From: Delftia acidovorans NBRC 14950
GTDB taxonomy: Bacteria > Pseudomonadota > Gammaproteobacteria > Burkholderiales > Burkholderiaceae_C
Length of the DNA: 32,000 bases
Assembly: GCF_001598795.1 (NCBI RefSeq)
Contig: NZ_BCZP01000011.1
Span: forward strand, 120,001-152,000
Direction of reading: 5' to 3'
In this document: positions 25,217 to 32,000 of the stretch, piece by piece
Layout of the letters: each line of letters begins with the position of its first letter
How positions within the stretch are numbered: the first letter of the stretch is position 1
The notes under the pieces: generated by a model
Told to the model about the DNA's origin: nothing
What the model saw: the letters and a program-made list of their open reading frames with translations, nothing else
Databases searched by the model: none
Made by a program: the position numbers and the translations under genes

Positions 25217-26599
25217 CTAGATGATCCTCGAAAACCGCGCCCGGTTCTTGTCTGCCTGCAGATATCGGTCAAACAGCATGGCCACGCCACGCACGAAGTA
25301 CCAGCCCATGGGCGTGACCTGGAAGCCCTCGTCGCTGATCTGCACCAGGCCCTTGGCCTGCAGGTCCTCCAGCGCCGCCATCTCGGGCGCGAAGTACTCG
25401 CGAAAGCCCAGCAGCCAGGCCTGCTCCATGGGCTCGAACAGCACGGCACCCTGGCACATGATGGCCATGATGACGGCGCGGCGCACCAGGTCGTCACGCG
25501 ACAGCGCCAGGCCCCGCACCACGGGCAGGTGGCTGGCGTCGATGGCGTCGTAGTACTCCTCCAGCGTCTTGGCGTTCTGGCTGTAGCTGGCACCCACCTT
25601 GCCGATGGCCGACACGCCCAGCGCAATCAGGTCGCAGTCGGGCTGGGTGCTGTAGCCCTGGAAGTTGCGGTGCAGCCGGCCCTGGCGCTTGGCCACGGCC
25701 AGCGAGTCCTCGGGCAGGGCGAAGTGGTCCATGCCCACATAGACATAGCCACCGTCCATGAACGCGGCGATGGAACGCGACAGCATGGCCAGCTTGTCGG
25801 CCCCCTGGGGCAGATCCTCGGCCGCAATGCGCCGCTGCGGCTTGAAGCGCTCGGGCAAGTGGGCATAGGCATAGAGCGCGATGCGGTCGGGCCGCAGCGC
25901 GTTGACCTGGGCCAGCGTGCGCTCGAAGGATTCGGGCGTCTGCTTGGGCAGGCCGTAGATCAGGTCCACGTTGATGGAGGCAAAGCCCAGCTGCCGCGCG
26001 GCCGCCACCAGCTCGAACACCTGCTCTGCCGGCTGCACGCGGTGCACGGCGATCTGCACCTGCTCGTCGAAGTCCTGCACGCCGAAGCTCAGGCGGTTGA
26101 AGCCCAGCTCCTTGAGCACGGCCAGGCGCTCGACGCTGACGGTGCGCGGATCGACCTCGATGGAGTATTCGCCACCCGGCTCCAACTTGAAATGCTCGCG
26201 CAACAGGCCCATCAGCGTGCGCAGCTCGTCGTCGGAGAAGAAGGTGGGCGTGCCGCCGCCCAGGTGCAGTTGGCTGACGGTCTGGCCCTTGCCGCAATGG
26301 GCCGTGTGCAAGGCCATCTCGCGCGCCAGGTAGTCCAGGTAGACGGCGGCGCGATCGTGGTGGCGCGTCACGATCTTGTTGCAGGCGCAGTAGTAGCAAA
26401 GCGACTCGCAAAAGGGCACGTGCACATACAGTGACAAAGGCATGGCACGCGCTGCGGTACTCGATTTGCGTTGTTGCAGCGCCAGGATATAGTCCTCTGC
26501 ACCAAAGGCCTCGACAAAGCGGTCGGCGGTAGGGAACGAGGTGTATCGGGGCCCCGGTACGTCAAAGCGACGCAGCAGCTCTGGGGTGACAGCGGTCAT
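25217..26599 (-). CDS. hemN: Oxygen-independent coproporphyrinogen III oxidase (radical SAM)
   Basis: 460 aa. Contains the CESLCYYCAC radical-SAM/HemN motif and PRYTSFPTA near the N-terminus. AGAGGA Shine-Dalgarno sequence upstream. Confidence 0.92.
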   Translation of the reverse strand: MTAVTPELLRRFDVPGPRYTSFPTADRFVEAFGAEDYILALQQRKSSTAARAMPLSLYVHVPFCESLCYYCACNKIVTRHHDRAAVYLDYLAREMALHTAHCGKGQTVSQLHLGGGTPTFFSDDELRTLMGLLREHFKLEPGGEYSIEVDPRTVSVERLAVLKELGFNRLSFGVQDFDEQVQIAVHRVQPAEQVFELVAAARQLGFASINVDLIYGLPKQTPESFERTLAQVNALRPDRIALYAYAHLPERFKPQRRIAAEDLPQGADKLAMLSRSIAAFMDGGYVYVGMDHFALPEDSLAVAKRQGRLHRNFQGYSTQPDCDLIALGVSAIGKVGASYSQNAKTLEEYYDAIDASHLPVVRGLALSRDDLVRRAVIMAIMCQGAVLFEPMEQAWLLGFREYFAPEMAALEDLQAKGLVQISDEGFQVTPMGWYFVRGVAMLFDRYLQADKNRARFSRII

Positions 26600-26650
26600 G
26601 GGTTTTTTCCTCTAATACCTCGACTGTGCCGCAGCACATCGGTCATGTCC

Positions 26651-26664
26651 TTGACTCATATCAA
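26651..26664. promoter_or_regulatory. FNR/Anr box in the hemN-fnr divergent region
   Basis: TTGAC-tcat-ATCAA versus the consensus TTGAT-N4-ATCAA (one mismatch). The centre is about 58 nt upstream of the hemN ATG, compatible with a class-II (-41.5) arrangement, with CACAGT as the -10 element 22 nt downstream. Confidence 0.7.
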
Positions 26665-26761
26665 GAGTTGTTTGAGGGACTGCTGCGACAATTTGATCCA
26701 ACTCATCGCAATCCACGAGGTCACCGCCGGCACGCTGTGTGCCGCTGATGTTTATCACTCC

Positions 26762-27481
26762 ATGAACCTTCAGACCATCAAAGCCTCCTGCTCCAACTGC
26801 AACCTGCGCGAACTGTGCATGCCCATGGGCCTGGATGCCGAGCAGATGCAGCGCATCGACGACATCGTGGCCACGCGCCGCAAGGTCAAGCGCGGAGGCT
26901 TGCTGTTTCGCAACGGCGAGACATTCACCTCGCTGTACGCCATCCGCACCGGCTTCTTCAAGACCTGCGTGGCCACCGAGGACGGACGCGACCAGGTCAC
27001 GGGCTTTCAGATGGCCGGCGAGATCATCGGCCTGGACGGCATCGTCAACGACCACCACACCTGCGATGCCGTCGCGCTGGAAGACGCCGAAGTCTGCGTC
27101 ATGCCCTTCGACAAGCTGGAAGACCTGTCGCGCGAGGTCACGGCCCTGCAAAACCATGTGCACAAGGTCATGAGCCGCGAGATCGTGCGCGAGCACGGCG
27201 TGATGCTGCTGCTGGGCAGCATGCGCGCCGAAGAGCGCCTGGCCGCCTTCGTGCTCAACCTGGTGCAGCGCCTGCATGCACGGGGCTTTTCCAAGTCCGA
27301 ACTGGTGCTGCGCATGACGCGCGAGGAAATCGGCAGCTACCTGGGCCTGAAGCTGGAGACGGTGAGCCGCACCTTCTCCAAGTTCGCGGACGACAACATC
27401 ATCGAGGTGCGCCAGCGCCATCTGCGCATCCTGGACACGGAGGCGCTCAAGCGCATCGTCAACAGCCAGCAGTGCCAGTGA
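26762..27481 (+). CDS. fnr: FNR/Anr-type oxygen-sensing Crp/Fnr-family regulator
   Basis: ATG at 26762. N-terminal Cys cluster CSNCNLRELC plus a central Cys (HHTCDAV). cNMP-like domain. C-terminal HTH REEIGSYLGLKLETVSRTFSKF (E--SR motif). 239 aa. Confidence 0.85.
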   Translation: MNLQTIKASCSNCNLRELCMPMGLDAEQMQRIDDIVATRRKVKRGGLLFRNGETFTSLYAIRTGFFKTCVATEDGRDQVTGFQMAGEIIGLDGIVNDHHTCDAVALEDAEVCVMPFDKLEDLSREVTALQNHVHKVMSREIVREHGVMLLLGSMRAEERLAAFVLNLVQRLHARGFSKSELVLRMTREEIGSYLGLKLETVSRTFSKFADDNIIEVRQRHLRILDTEALKRIVNSQQCQ

Positions 27482-27511
27482 GGCTGCAAGGGCGGCAAGC
27501 ATTCATCCGCC

Positions 27512-27547
27512 AATGAACAAGGCCCGCGACAGCGGGCCTTGTTCATT
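27512..27547. terminator. Bidirectional hairpin between convergent fnr and the 95-aa membrane-protein gene
   Basis: Perfect 16-bp stem AATGAACAAGGCCCGC-gaca-GCGGGCCTTGTTCATT. There is no long T-run on either side. Confidence 0.6.
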
Positions 27548-27562
27548 GCGGCGGGCTCTCGC

Positions 27563-27850
27563 TCAGTCCCGCCCCAGCCCCTGCATGGCCAGATCCGGGT
27601 CGGGCTCGGAGACCACGCCGTCATTGAGATCGCGGGCCGAGCGGCCCAGCATGGTGGTCATCAGGCTGGAGAGCATGGTCACGCCCCAGAAGGCGAAGAA
27701 GGCCAGCGTGTAGATGCCCTGGCGCGACCAGCCCAGGTCGCCGAGCCAATGCAGCTCCAGCGGGTCCACAAAGGCAAAAACCAGCATCTCCATCACGGCG
27801 GCTGCCAGAAAGGCAGGCCAGGCAATCCACATCCAGCGTTGGGCCAACAT
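27563..27850 (-). CDS. Small (95 aa) integral membrane protein, hypothetical
   Basis: Strong AGGAGA Shine-Dalgarno sequence 6-7 nt before the ATG at 27850. Two to three hydrophobic spans (WIAWPAFLAAAVMEMLVFAF, IYTLAFFAFWGVTMLSSLM). Confidence 0.65.
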   Translation of the reverse strand: MLAQRWMWIAWPAFLAAAVMEMLVFAFVDPLELHWLGDLGWSRQGIYTLAFFAFWGVTMLSSLMTTMLGRSARDLNDGVVSEPDPDLAMQGLGRD

Positions 27851-27987
27851 CAGCGATCTCCTTGTGCTGTCGAGGGGTCGCCTTCATTGTGCGCCGCGCC
27901 AACGCATGGCGCCAAGCCCCGCAGCGCCCTGCACGCCTGTAGGAAACCCTCACCCGTCGCGCATGCCGGAGATGCGATCCGCCATGC

Positions 27988-28010
27988 AAAAAGGCCGCGA
28001 CTGCGGCCTC
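27988..28010 (-). terminator. Intrinsic terminator after the FixH-like gene
   Basis: Minus strand reads GAGGCCGC-agtc-GCGGCC followed by TTTTT. Confidence 0.7.
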
Positions 28011-28029
28011 TTGCAGGGGTGCACGGCGA

Positions 28030-28344
28030 TCAGCGGTCCGTGGGGTGATCGTGCGCGGGCGTGGCCGCATGGTTGCGGCCGGTGACGGCGGGCGCCATGC
28101 TCTTGGGCACTTCGCGCACGCCATCGGCACGCTCGTTGATCGTGATGCCGTTGCGGTAGTAGTCGGGGTCGATCACGGGATCGGCGCCATTGATGGCGAT
28201 GATGGCCGTGATCACGGCAGCGACCACCACGGCCGCCGGGCCGGCCACCACCAGCCAGACATGGCCGAACTTCCACCAGGGCTTGCCGGCGTCGGGGTGC
28301 GATGGAGCGTGCGCGGGCGCGGACACTGCGGGACTGGAAGACAT
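28030..28344 (-). CDS. Short FixH/CcoH-like single-pass membrane protein (104 aa)
   Basis: AAGAGG Shine-Dalgarno sequence before the ATG at 28344. Lies 57 nt downstream of ccoG. One TM span (WLVVAGPAAVVVAAVITAIIAI) followed by DPDYYRNG, as at the start of FixH-family proteins. His-rich tail HAATPAHDHP. Confidence 0.55.
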   Translation of the reverse strand: MSSSPAVSAPAHAPSHPDAGKPWWKFGHVWLVVAGPAAVVVAAVITAIIAINGADPVIDPDYYRNGITINERADGVREVPKSMAPAVTGRNHAATPAHDHPTDR

Positions 28345-28401
28345 GGGAAACCTCTTTCTTTCAGGCGGCAGGCGCGGACCGTGCCGCGCCTGCCAGGAAC
28401 A

Positions 28402-29856
28402 TCACCGGGGCACCAGGAAGACGGCCTTTTCGGACGCGCGTCCCGCGCCTGAATGCACGGCATCGATATCGAAGAATACGGTGTGCGAGCCCGGCTCGGC
28501 CGAACCGTAGGGAATCTGCAGGCGCGCCGCAATGCCGCGCGTCTCGGCCGGGCCGACCTCGACTTCCTGCTCGGACGCCAGCTCCAGCCCATCGAGGCCG
28601 TGGGCGCTGATGCGGTAGCGCTGGGCCTGCTCGGTGGCATTCATGATCTGCAGGCGGTAGACATTCTCCAGCTTGCCGCCCGCCACGATGCGCGACAGCG
28701 AGGCGCGGTCGCGGATCACGTCCACCTTGACCGACTGGCGCAGCGCCAGGCTCACGATCATGGCCACGCTCAAGCCGATCAGCACGGCCGAGTAGATCAG
28801 CACGCGCGGACGGAAGATGCGGCGCAGCACCTGGGCACGCCGCCACAGGCCGGCCATGGCGTTCTGCGTGGTCAGGCGGATCAGGCCGCGCGGGTACTCC
28901 ATCTTGTCCATGATGGAATTGCAGGCGTCTATGCACAGGCCGCAGCCAATGCATTCGTATTGCAGACCGTTGCGGATGTCGATGCCCACGGGGCAGACCT
29001 GCACGCACATCTTGCAGTCGATGCAGTCGCCCAGGCCCTGGGCCTTGTAGTCCACCTTCTTGGTGCGCGGTGCACGCGGCTCGCCCCGGCCCGTGTCGTA
29101 GCTGACGATCATGGTGTCCCGGTCGAACATGGCGCTCTGAAAGCGCGCATAGGGGCACATGTACTTGCAGACCTGCTCGCGCATGTAGCCCGCGTTGCCA
29201 TAGGTGGCAAAGCCGTAGAACAGCACCCAGAACATCTGCCAGCTGCCCTGCAGCGCCAGCAGCTCGCCGCCCAGCTCGCGGATGGGCACGAAGTAGCCCA
29301 CGAAGGTGAAGCCGGTCCACAGCGCAATGGCGATCCACAGCAACTGCTTGAGCGACTTCTTCCAGGCCTTCTCGAAGGTCCAGCCGTTCTTGTCCAGCCG
29401 CATGCGCGCGCTGCGGTCGCCTTCGACCTTGCGCTCCACCCACATGAAGATCTCGGTGTAGACCGTCTGCGGGCACGAGAAGCCGCACCACAGGCGCCCG
29501 GCCACGGCCGTGAACAGGAACAATGCCAGCGCCGAGATGATCAGCAGGCCCGCCAGGTAGATGAAGTCCTGCGGGTACAGCACCAGCCCGAAGAGATAGA
29601 AGCGCCGCGTTCCGAGGTCGAACAGCACCATCTGGCGCTGGCCCCACTCCAGCCAGGGCAGGCCGTAGAAAACCAGTTGGGTGAGAAACACCAGGGCCCA
29701 TCGCCAGCGTGCGAAGACACCGCTGATGGAGCGCGGGTAGACCTTCTTTTCCGACTCGAACATCGACACCAGCTCGCCCGGATCAGGCGTGGCCGGCGTG
29801 ATCGGAATGACTTTGCGGGGAGGCTTCCCGGTGTCATCCCCGCTCTCGGGCTTCAT
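28402..29856 (-). CDS. ccoG: cbb3 oxidase accessory protein CcoG/FixG (polyferredoxin-like membrane protein)
   Basis: 484 aa. Two 4Fe-4S motifs, CIDCKMCVQVCP and CIGCGLCIDAC. N-terminal CGFSCPQ motif. Confidence 0.9.
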   Translation of the reverse strand: MKPESGDDTGKPPRKVIPITPATPDPGELVSMFESEKKVYPRSISGVFARWRWALVFLTQLVFYGLPWLEWGQRQMVLFDLGTRRFYLFGLVLYPQDFIYLAGLLIISALALFLFTAVAGRLWCGFSCPQTVYTEIFMWVERKVEGDRSARMRLDKNGWTFEKAWKKSLKQLLWIAIALWTGFTFVGYFVPIRELGGELLALQGSWQMFWVLFYGFATYGNAGYMREQVCKYMCPYARFQSAMFDRDTMIVSYDTGRGEPRAPRTKKVDYKAQGLGDCIDCKMCVQVCPVGIDIRNGLQYECIGCGLCIDACNSIMDKMEYPRGLIRLTTQNAMAGLWRRAQVLRRIFRPRVLIYSAVLIGLSVAMIVSLALRQSVKVDVIRDRASLSRIVAGGKLENVYRLQIMNATEQAQRYRISAHGLDGLELASEQEVEVGPAETRGIAARLQIPYGSAEPGSHTVFFDIDAVHSGAGRASEKAVFLVPR

Positions 29857-29901
29857 GGTGGGTTCCTTTGTTTTTTTGAAATATCTGAAAACTCAAAACG
29901 C

Positions 29902-29926
29902 AAAAAGGCGGCGCCGCAGCGCCGCC
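29902..29926 (-). terminator. Intrinsic terminator after ccoP
   Basis: Minus strand reads GGCGGCGC-tgcg-GCGCCGCC followed by TTTTT. An AT-rich ccoG upstream region follows. Confidence 0.8.
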
Positions 29927-29933
29927 CCTGTGC

Positions 29934-30851
29934 TTACTGACGGACTGCGCCGTCTTTGTGCGACATGCCCCAGACATAGGAAGCAAGCACCGCGATCTGC
30001 GCCTCGGTCAGCTTGTCCTTCTGGGCAGGCATCTCGTTGTGCTTGCCGTTGTTGATCATGGCCGTGATGGCGGCCTCGCCCCAGCCGTGCAGCCAGATGT
30101 CGTCGGTCAGGTTGGGCGCGCCCAGGGCCTGGTTGCCCTTGCCGTCCATGCCGTGGCAGGCAGCGCAGGCCGTGAACTTGGACTTGCCCAGCGAGGCCTT
30201 GAGCGAGTCGTGCGGGCTGCCCGACAGGCTCAGCACATAGTGCGAGAGGTTGCGCACATCGTCGGGCGTGCCGACGGCAGCGGCCATGGGCGGCATGATG
30301 CCGATGCGGCCACCCGTGATGGTTTCCCTGATCTTCTCGGGCGTGCCGCCATGCAGCCAGTCGCCATCGGTCAGGTTGGGGAAGCTCTTGCCGCCGCGTG
30401 CATCCGAGCCGTGGCACTGTGCGCAGTTGTTCATGAACAGGCGCTCGCCGATGGCCATGGCCTGGGGGTCCTTGGCCATGTCTTCGGTGCTCATGCTCGT
30501 GAACTTGGCGTACAGCGGCTCCAGGTCCGCGCGGGCCTTGGCCATCTCGTTTTCATAGGCGCCCAGCTGCGTCCAGCCCAGCTTGCCCGCGAACGAGCCC
30601 AGGCCCGGATAGGCCGCCAGGTAGGCGAAGCCGAACACCGAGGTGATGATGAACAGCCACATCCACCACTTGGGCATGGGGTTGTTCAGCTCGCGCAGGT
30701 CCTCGTCCCAGACGTGGCCCGTGGTGTTGTCGGCCGATGGGACCACCTTCTTGCGTGCGGTGAGATACAGCAGCAGCAGGCAGCCGATGATGCCGCCCAG
30801 CGTGATCGCCGTGACATAGATCGACCAGAAGTTGTTTACGAAATCGCTCAT
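29934..30851 (-). CDS. ccoP: cbb3-type cytochrome c oxidase subunit III (dihaem)
   Basis: 305 aa. N-terminal TM segments. Two CxxCH motifs (CAQCH, CAACH). Confidence 0.92.
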   Translation of the reverse strand: MSDFVNNFWSIYVTAITLGGIIGCLLLLYLTARKKVVPSADNTTGHVWDEDLRELNNPMPKWWMWLFIITSVFGFAYLAAYPGLGSFAGKLGWTQLGAYENEMAKARADLEPLYAKFTSMSTEDMAKDPQAMAIGERLFMNNCAQCHGSDARGGKSFPNLTDGDWLHGGTPEKIRETITGGRIGIMPPMAAAVGTPDDVRNLSHYVLSLSGSPHDSLKASLGKSKFTACAACHGMDGKGNQALGAPNLTDDIWLHGWGEAAITAMINNGKHNEMPAQKDKLTEAQIAVLASYVWGMSHKDGAVRQ

Positions 30852-30878
30852 GGGAAGTTCTCGTTCTGGTGGAGGGAC

Positions 30879-31016
30879 TCAGTCTTGCTCGAACGGCAGC
30901 TGGGCGGCCTCGTCGAAACGGGCCTGGTTGCGGCGGGCGAACGCCCACCACCAGATGCCGATGAAGCAGGCCAGCGAGGCCAGCGTGGCCACGATGCGCA
31001 TGGTGGTGATGTCCAT
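30879..31016 (-). CDS. ccoQ: cbb3-type cytochrome c oxidase subunit IV (CcoQ/FixQ), 45 aa
   Basis: Not in the ORF track because it is under 60 aa. Hand translation gives MDITTMRIVATLASLACFIGIWWWAFARRNQARFDEAAQLPFEQD, with AGGAGA upstream. It lies between ccoO and ccoP. The conserved FDEAA-LPF tail is typical of CcoQ. Confidence 0.8.
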   Translation of the reverse strand: MDITTMRIVATLASLACFIGIWWWAFARRNQARFDEAAQLPFEQD

Positions 31017-31027
31017 GTCGCTCTCCT

Positions 31028-31660
31028 TTACTTGACCGAACGGCCCAGGACCTGCAGGTAGGCGATGACGGCGTCCATTTCCGTCTTGCCCTTGACCTGC
31101 TCGGCAGCGCCGCTGATTTCCTCGTCGCTGTAGGGCACGCCCACCTTGCGCAGCGCGCTCATGTGCTGGGCGACCACGGTGTCATCCACCTTGTTCTTTT
31201 CCAGCCAGGTGTAGGCAGGCATGTTGGACTCGGGCACCACGTCGCGCGGGTTGTTCAGGTGGATGCGATGCCATTCGTCGCTGTACTTGCCGCCCACGCG
31301 GTGCAGGTCGGGACCCGTGCGCTTGGAACCCCACTGGAAGGGGTGGTCATAGACGAACTCGCCAGCCACCGAGTAGTGGCCGTAGCGCATGGTCTCGGCG
31401 CGGAAGGGGCGGATCATCTGCGAGTGGCAGTTGTAGCAGCCCTCGCGCAGATAGACGTCGCGGCCCATCAGCTGCAGCGGCGTGTAGGGCTTGAGGCCAG
31501 CCACCGCTTCCGTGGTCGACTTCTGGAAGAACAGCGGAACGATTTCCACCATGCCGCCGACGGCCACCACCAGCAGGGTCAGCACGATCAGCAGGAAATT
31601 GTTGGTTTCCACCTTCTCGTGGGAAAAGCTCTTGGGAGCGCTATTGTTGTGATCGGACAT
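31028..31660 (-). CDS. ccoO: cbb3-type cytochrome c oxidase subunit II (monohaem)
   Basis: 210 aa. Contains [12 protein letters not shown] and an N-terminal TM segment. GGAG upstream. Confidence 0.92.
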   Translation of the reverse strand: MSDHNNSAPKSFSHEKVETNNFLLIVLTLLVVAVGGMVEIVPLFFQKSTTEAVAGLKPYTPLQLMGRDVYLREGCYNCHSQMIRPFRAETMRYGHYSVAGEFVYDHPFQWGSKRTGPDLHRVGGKYSDEWHRIHLNNPRDVVPESNMPAYTWLEKNKVDDTVVAQHMSALRKVGVPYSDEEISGAAEQVKGKTEMDAVIAYLQVLGRSVK

Positions 31661-31679
31661 GAGTAATGCTCCTAGACGC

Positions 31680-32000
31680 TCAGGCGTGGGCCACGACGGC
31701 AGGCACGGCCACCTTCACCGAACGGCCCGAGATCGCGGTCTTCCAGGTGTTCCACAGCATGACCAGCATGCCGCCCAGGTACAGCAGGCCACCGGCCACG
31801 CGGATCACGTAGAACGGATAGCTGGCCTTGACGCTTTCGACGAAGGTGTAGGTCAGCGTGCCATCGGGATTGACGGCGCGCCACATCAGGCCCTGCATCA
31901 CACCGGCGATCCACATCGCGGCGATGTACAGCACGATGCCGATGGTGGCCATCCAGAAGTGCAGTTCGATGGCGCCCACCGAGTGCATCTTGGTCTTGCC
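31680..32000 (-). CDS. ccoN: cbb3-type cytochrome c oxidase subunit I, 3' end only; the gene continues beyond the window
   Basis: The frame is open to the window edge. The hydrophobic C-terminus (...[27 protein letters not shown]...[21 protein letters not shown]) is typical of CcoN, and it lies directly upstream of ccoO. Confidence 0.85.
   Translation of the reverse strand, partial: GKTKMHSVGAIELHFWMATIGIVLYIAAMWIAGVMQGLMWRAVNPDGTLTYTFVESVKASYPFYVIRVAGGLLYLGGMLVMLWNTWKTAISGRSVKVAVPAVVAHA

Noticed and set aside
26693-26706. A possible second FNR site, TTGATccaaCTCAT, in the hemN-fnr intergenic region.
   Set aside because: Only the left half-site matches the consensus. The right half (CTCAT versus ATCAA) does not.
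26645-26761. A longer fnr start (ATG at 26645, MSLTHIKSCLRDCC...), or the track start at 26471.
   Set aside because: It would place the FNR box and the hemN promoter inside the coding sequence and add about 40 residues ahead of the canonical N-terminal Cys cluster. The ATG at 26762 gives an FNR/Anr-like N-terminus (Cys cluster within the first 20 residues). The weak Shine-Dalgarno sequence at 26762 leaves some doubt.
29857-29901. The AT-rich ccoG upstream region, examined for an FNR box (TTGAAATATCTGAAAACTCAA).
   Set aside because: It has TTGA...TCAA ends, but they are separated by 13 nt rather than the 6 nt (TTGA-N6-TCAA) of the FNR consensus. No 14-mer fits TTGAT-N4-ATCAA.
1-32000. A window-wide search for CRISPR arrays, tRNA/rRNA genes, transposases/integrases, prophage genes, toxin-antitoxin pairs or known defence-system signatures.
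   Set aside because: None was found by eye. There are no spaced direct-repeat arrays, no cloverleaf-like segments in the few intergenic regions and no compositional (AT-rich island) anomaly beyond short promoter patches. All sizeable ORFs are accounted for by housekeeping families.

Overview
Very GC-rich, densely coding chromosomal segment. Gene content and order suggest a betaproteobacterium (Burkholderiales/Comamonadaceae-like), but this is inference only because no database search was possible. The content looks like ordinary core genome.

Gene layout:
(1) ltnD(partial)-otnK-otnI, four-carbon acid-sugar catabolism (1-2571, +).
(2) Two small minus-strand genes: a 123-aa stand-alone Rossmann protein and a secreted His/Pro-rich protein.
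(3) An uninterrupted minus-strand string running 11934 down to 3925: class-III aminotransferase, orphan amino-acid binding protein, Asp/Glu-racemase-family protein, then cobO-bluB-cbiB-cobD-cobQ. A divergent RpiR-family regulator and a perfect palindromic operator lie over the only obvious promoter.
(4) A second B12 operon, 18462 down to 12970: cobB-cobU-btuF-btuC-btuD plus a terminal APH(6)-like kinase. Every upstream junction is a 4-nt start/stop overlap.
(5) zapB-like, zapA and 6S RNA (ssrS), each RNA/gene unit with its own promoter or terminator.
(6) A tauE/safE-family permease.
(7) hemN, a DsbD_2-like membrane protein, an HD-GYP protein and a PAS-GGDEF-EAL protein, co-directional behind a near-consensus FNR box, with fnr divergent.
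(8) ccoN(partial)-ccoO-ccoQ-ccoP, then ccoG and a short FixH-like gene. ccoQ is a 45-aa ORF missing from the supplied ORF track.

I saw no tRNA/rRNA, CRISPR array, transposase/integrase or recognisable defence/toxin system. The many long Ala/Arg/Gly/Pro-rich ORFs in the track are GC-driven shadow frames.

The leads most worth a second look, all hypotheses:
- The APH-family kinase embedded in the B12 operon, as a candidate non-orthologous L-threonine (or other corrinoid-pathway) kinase.
- The absence of any recognisable cobalamin riboswitch in front of either cob operon.
- The possible FNR-dependent (oxygen) control of a three-domain c-di-GMP turnover pair.
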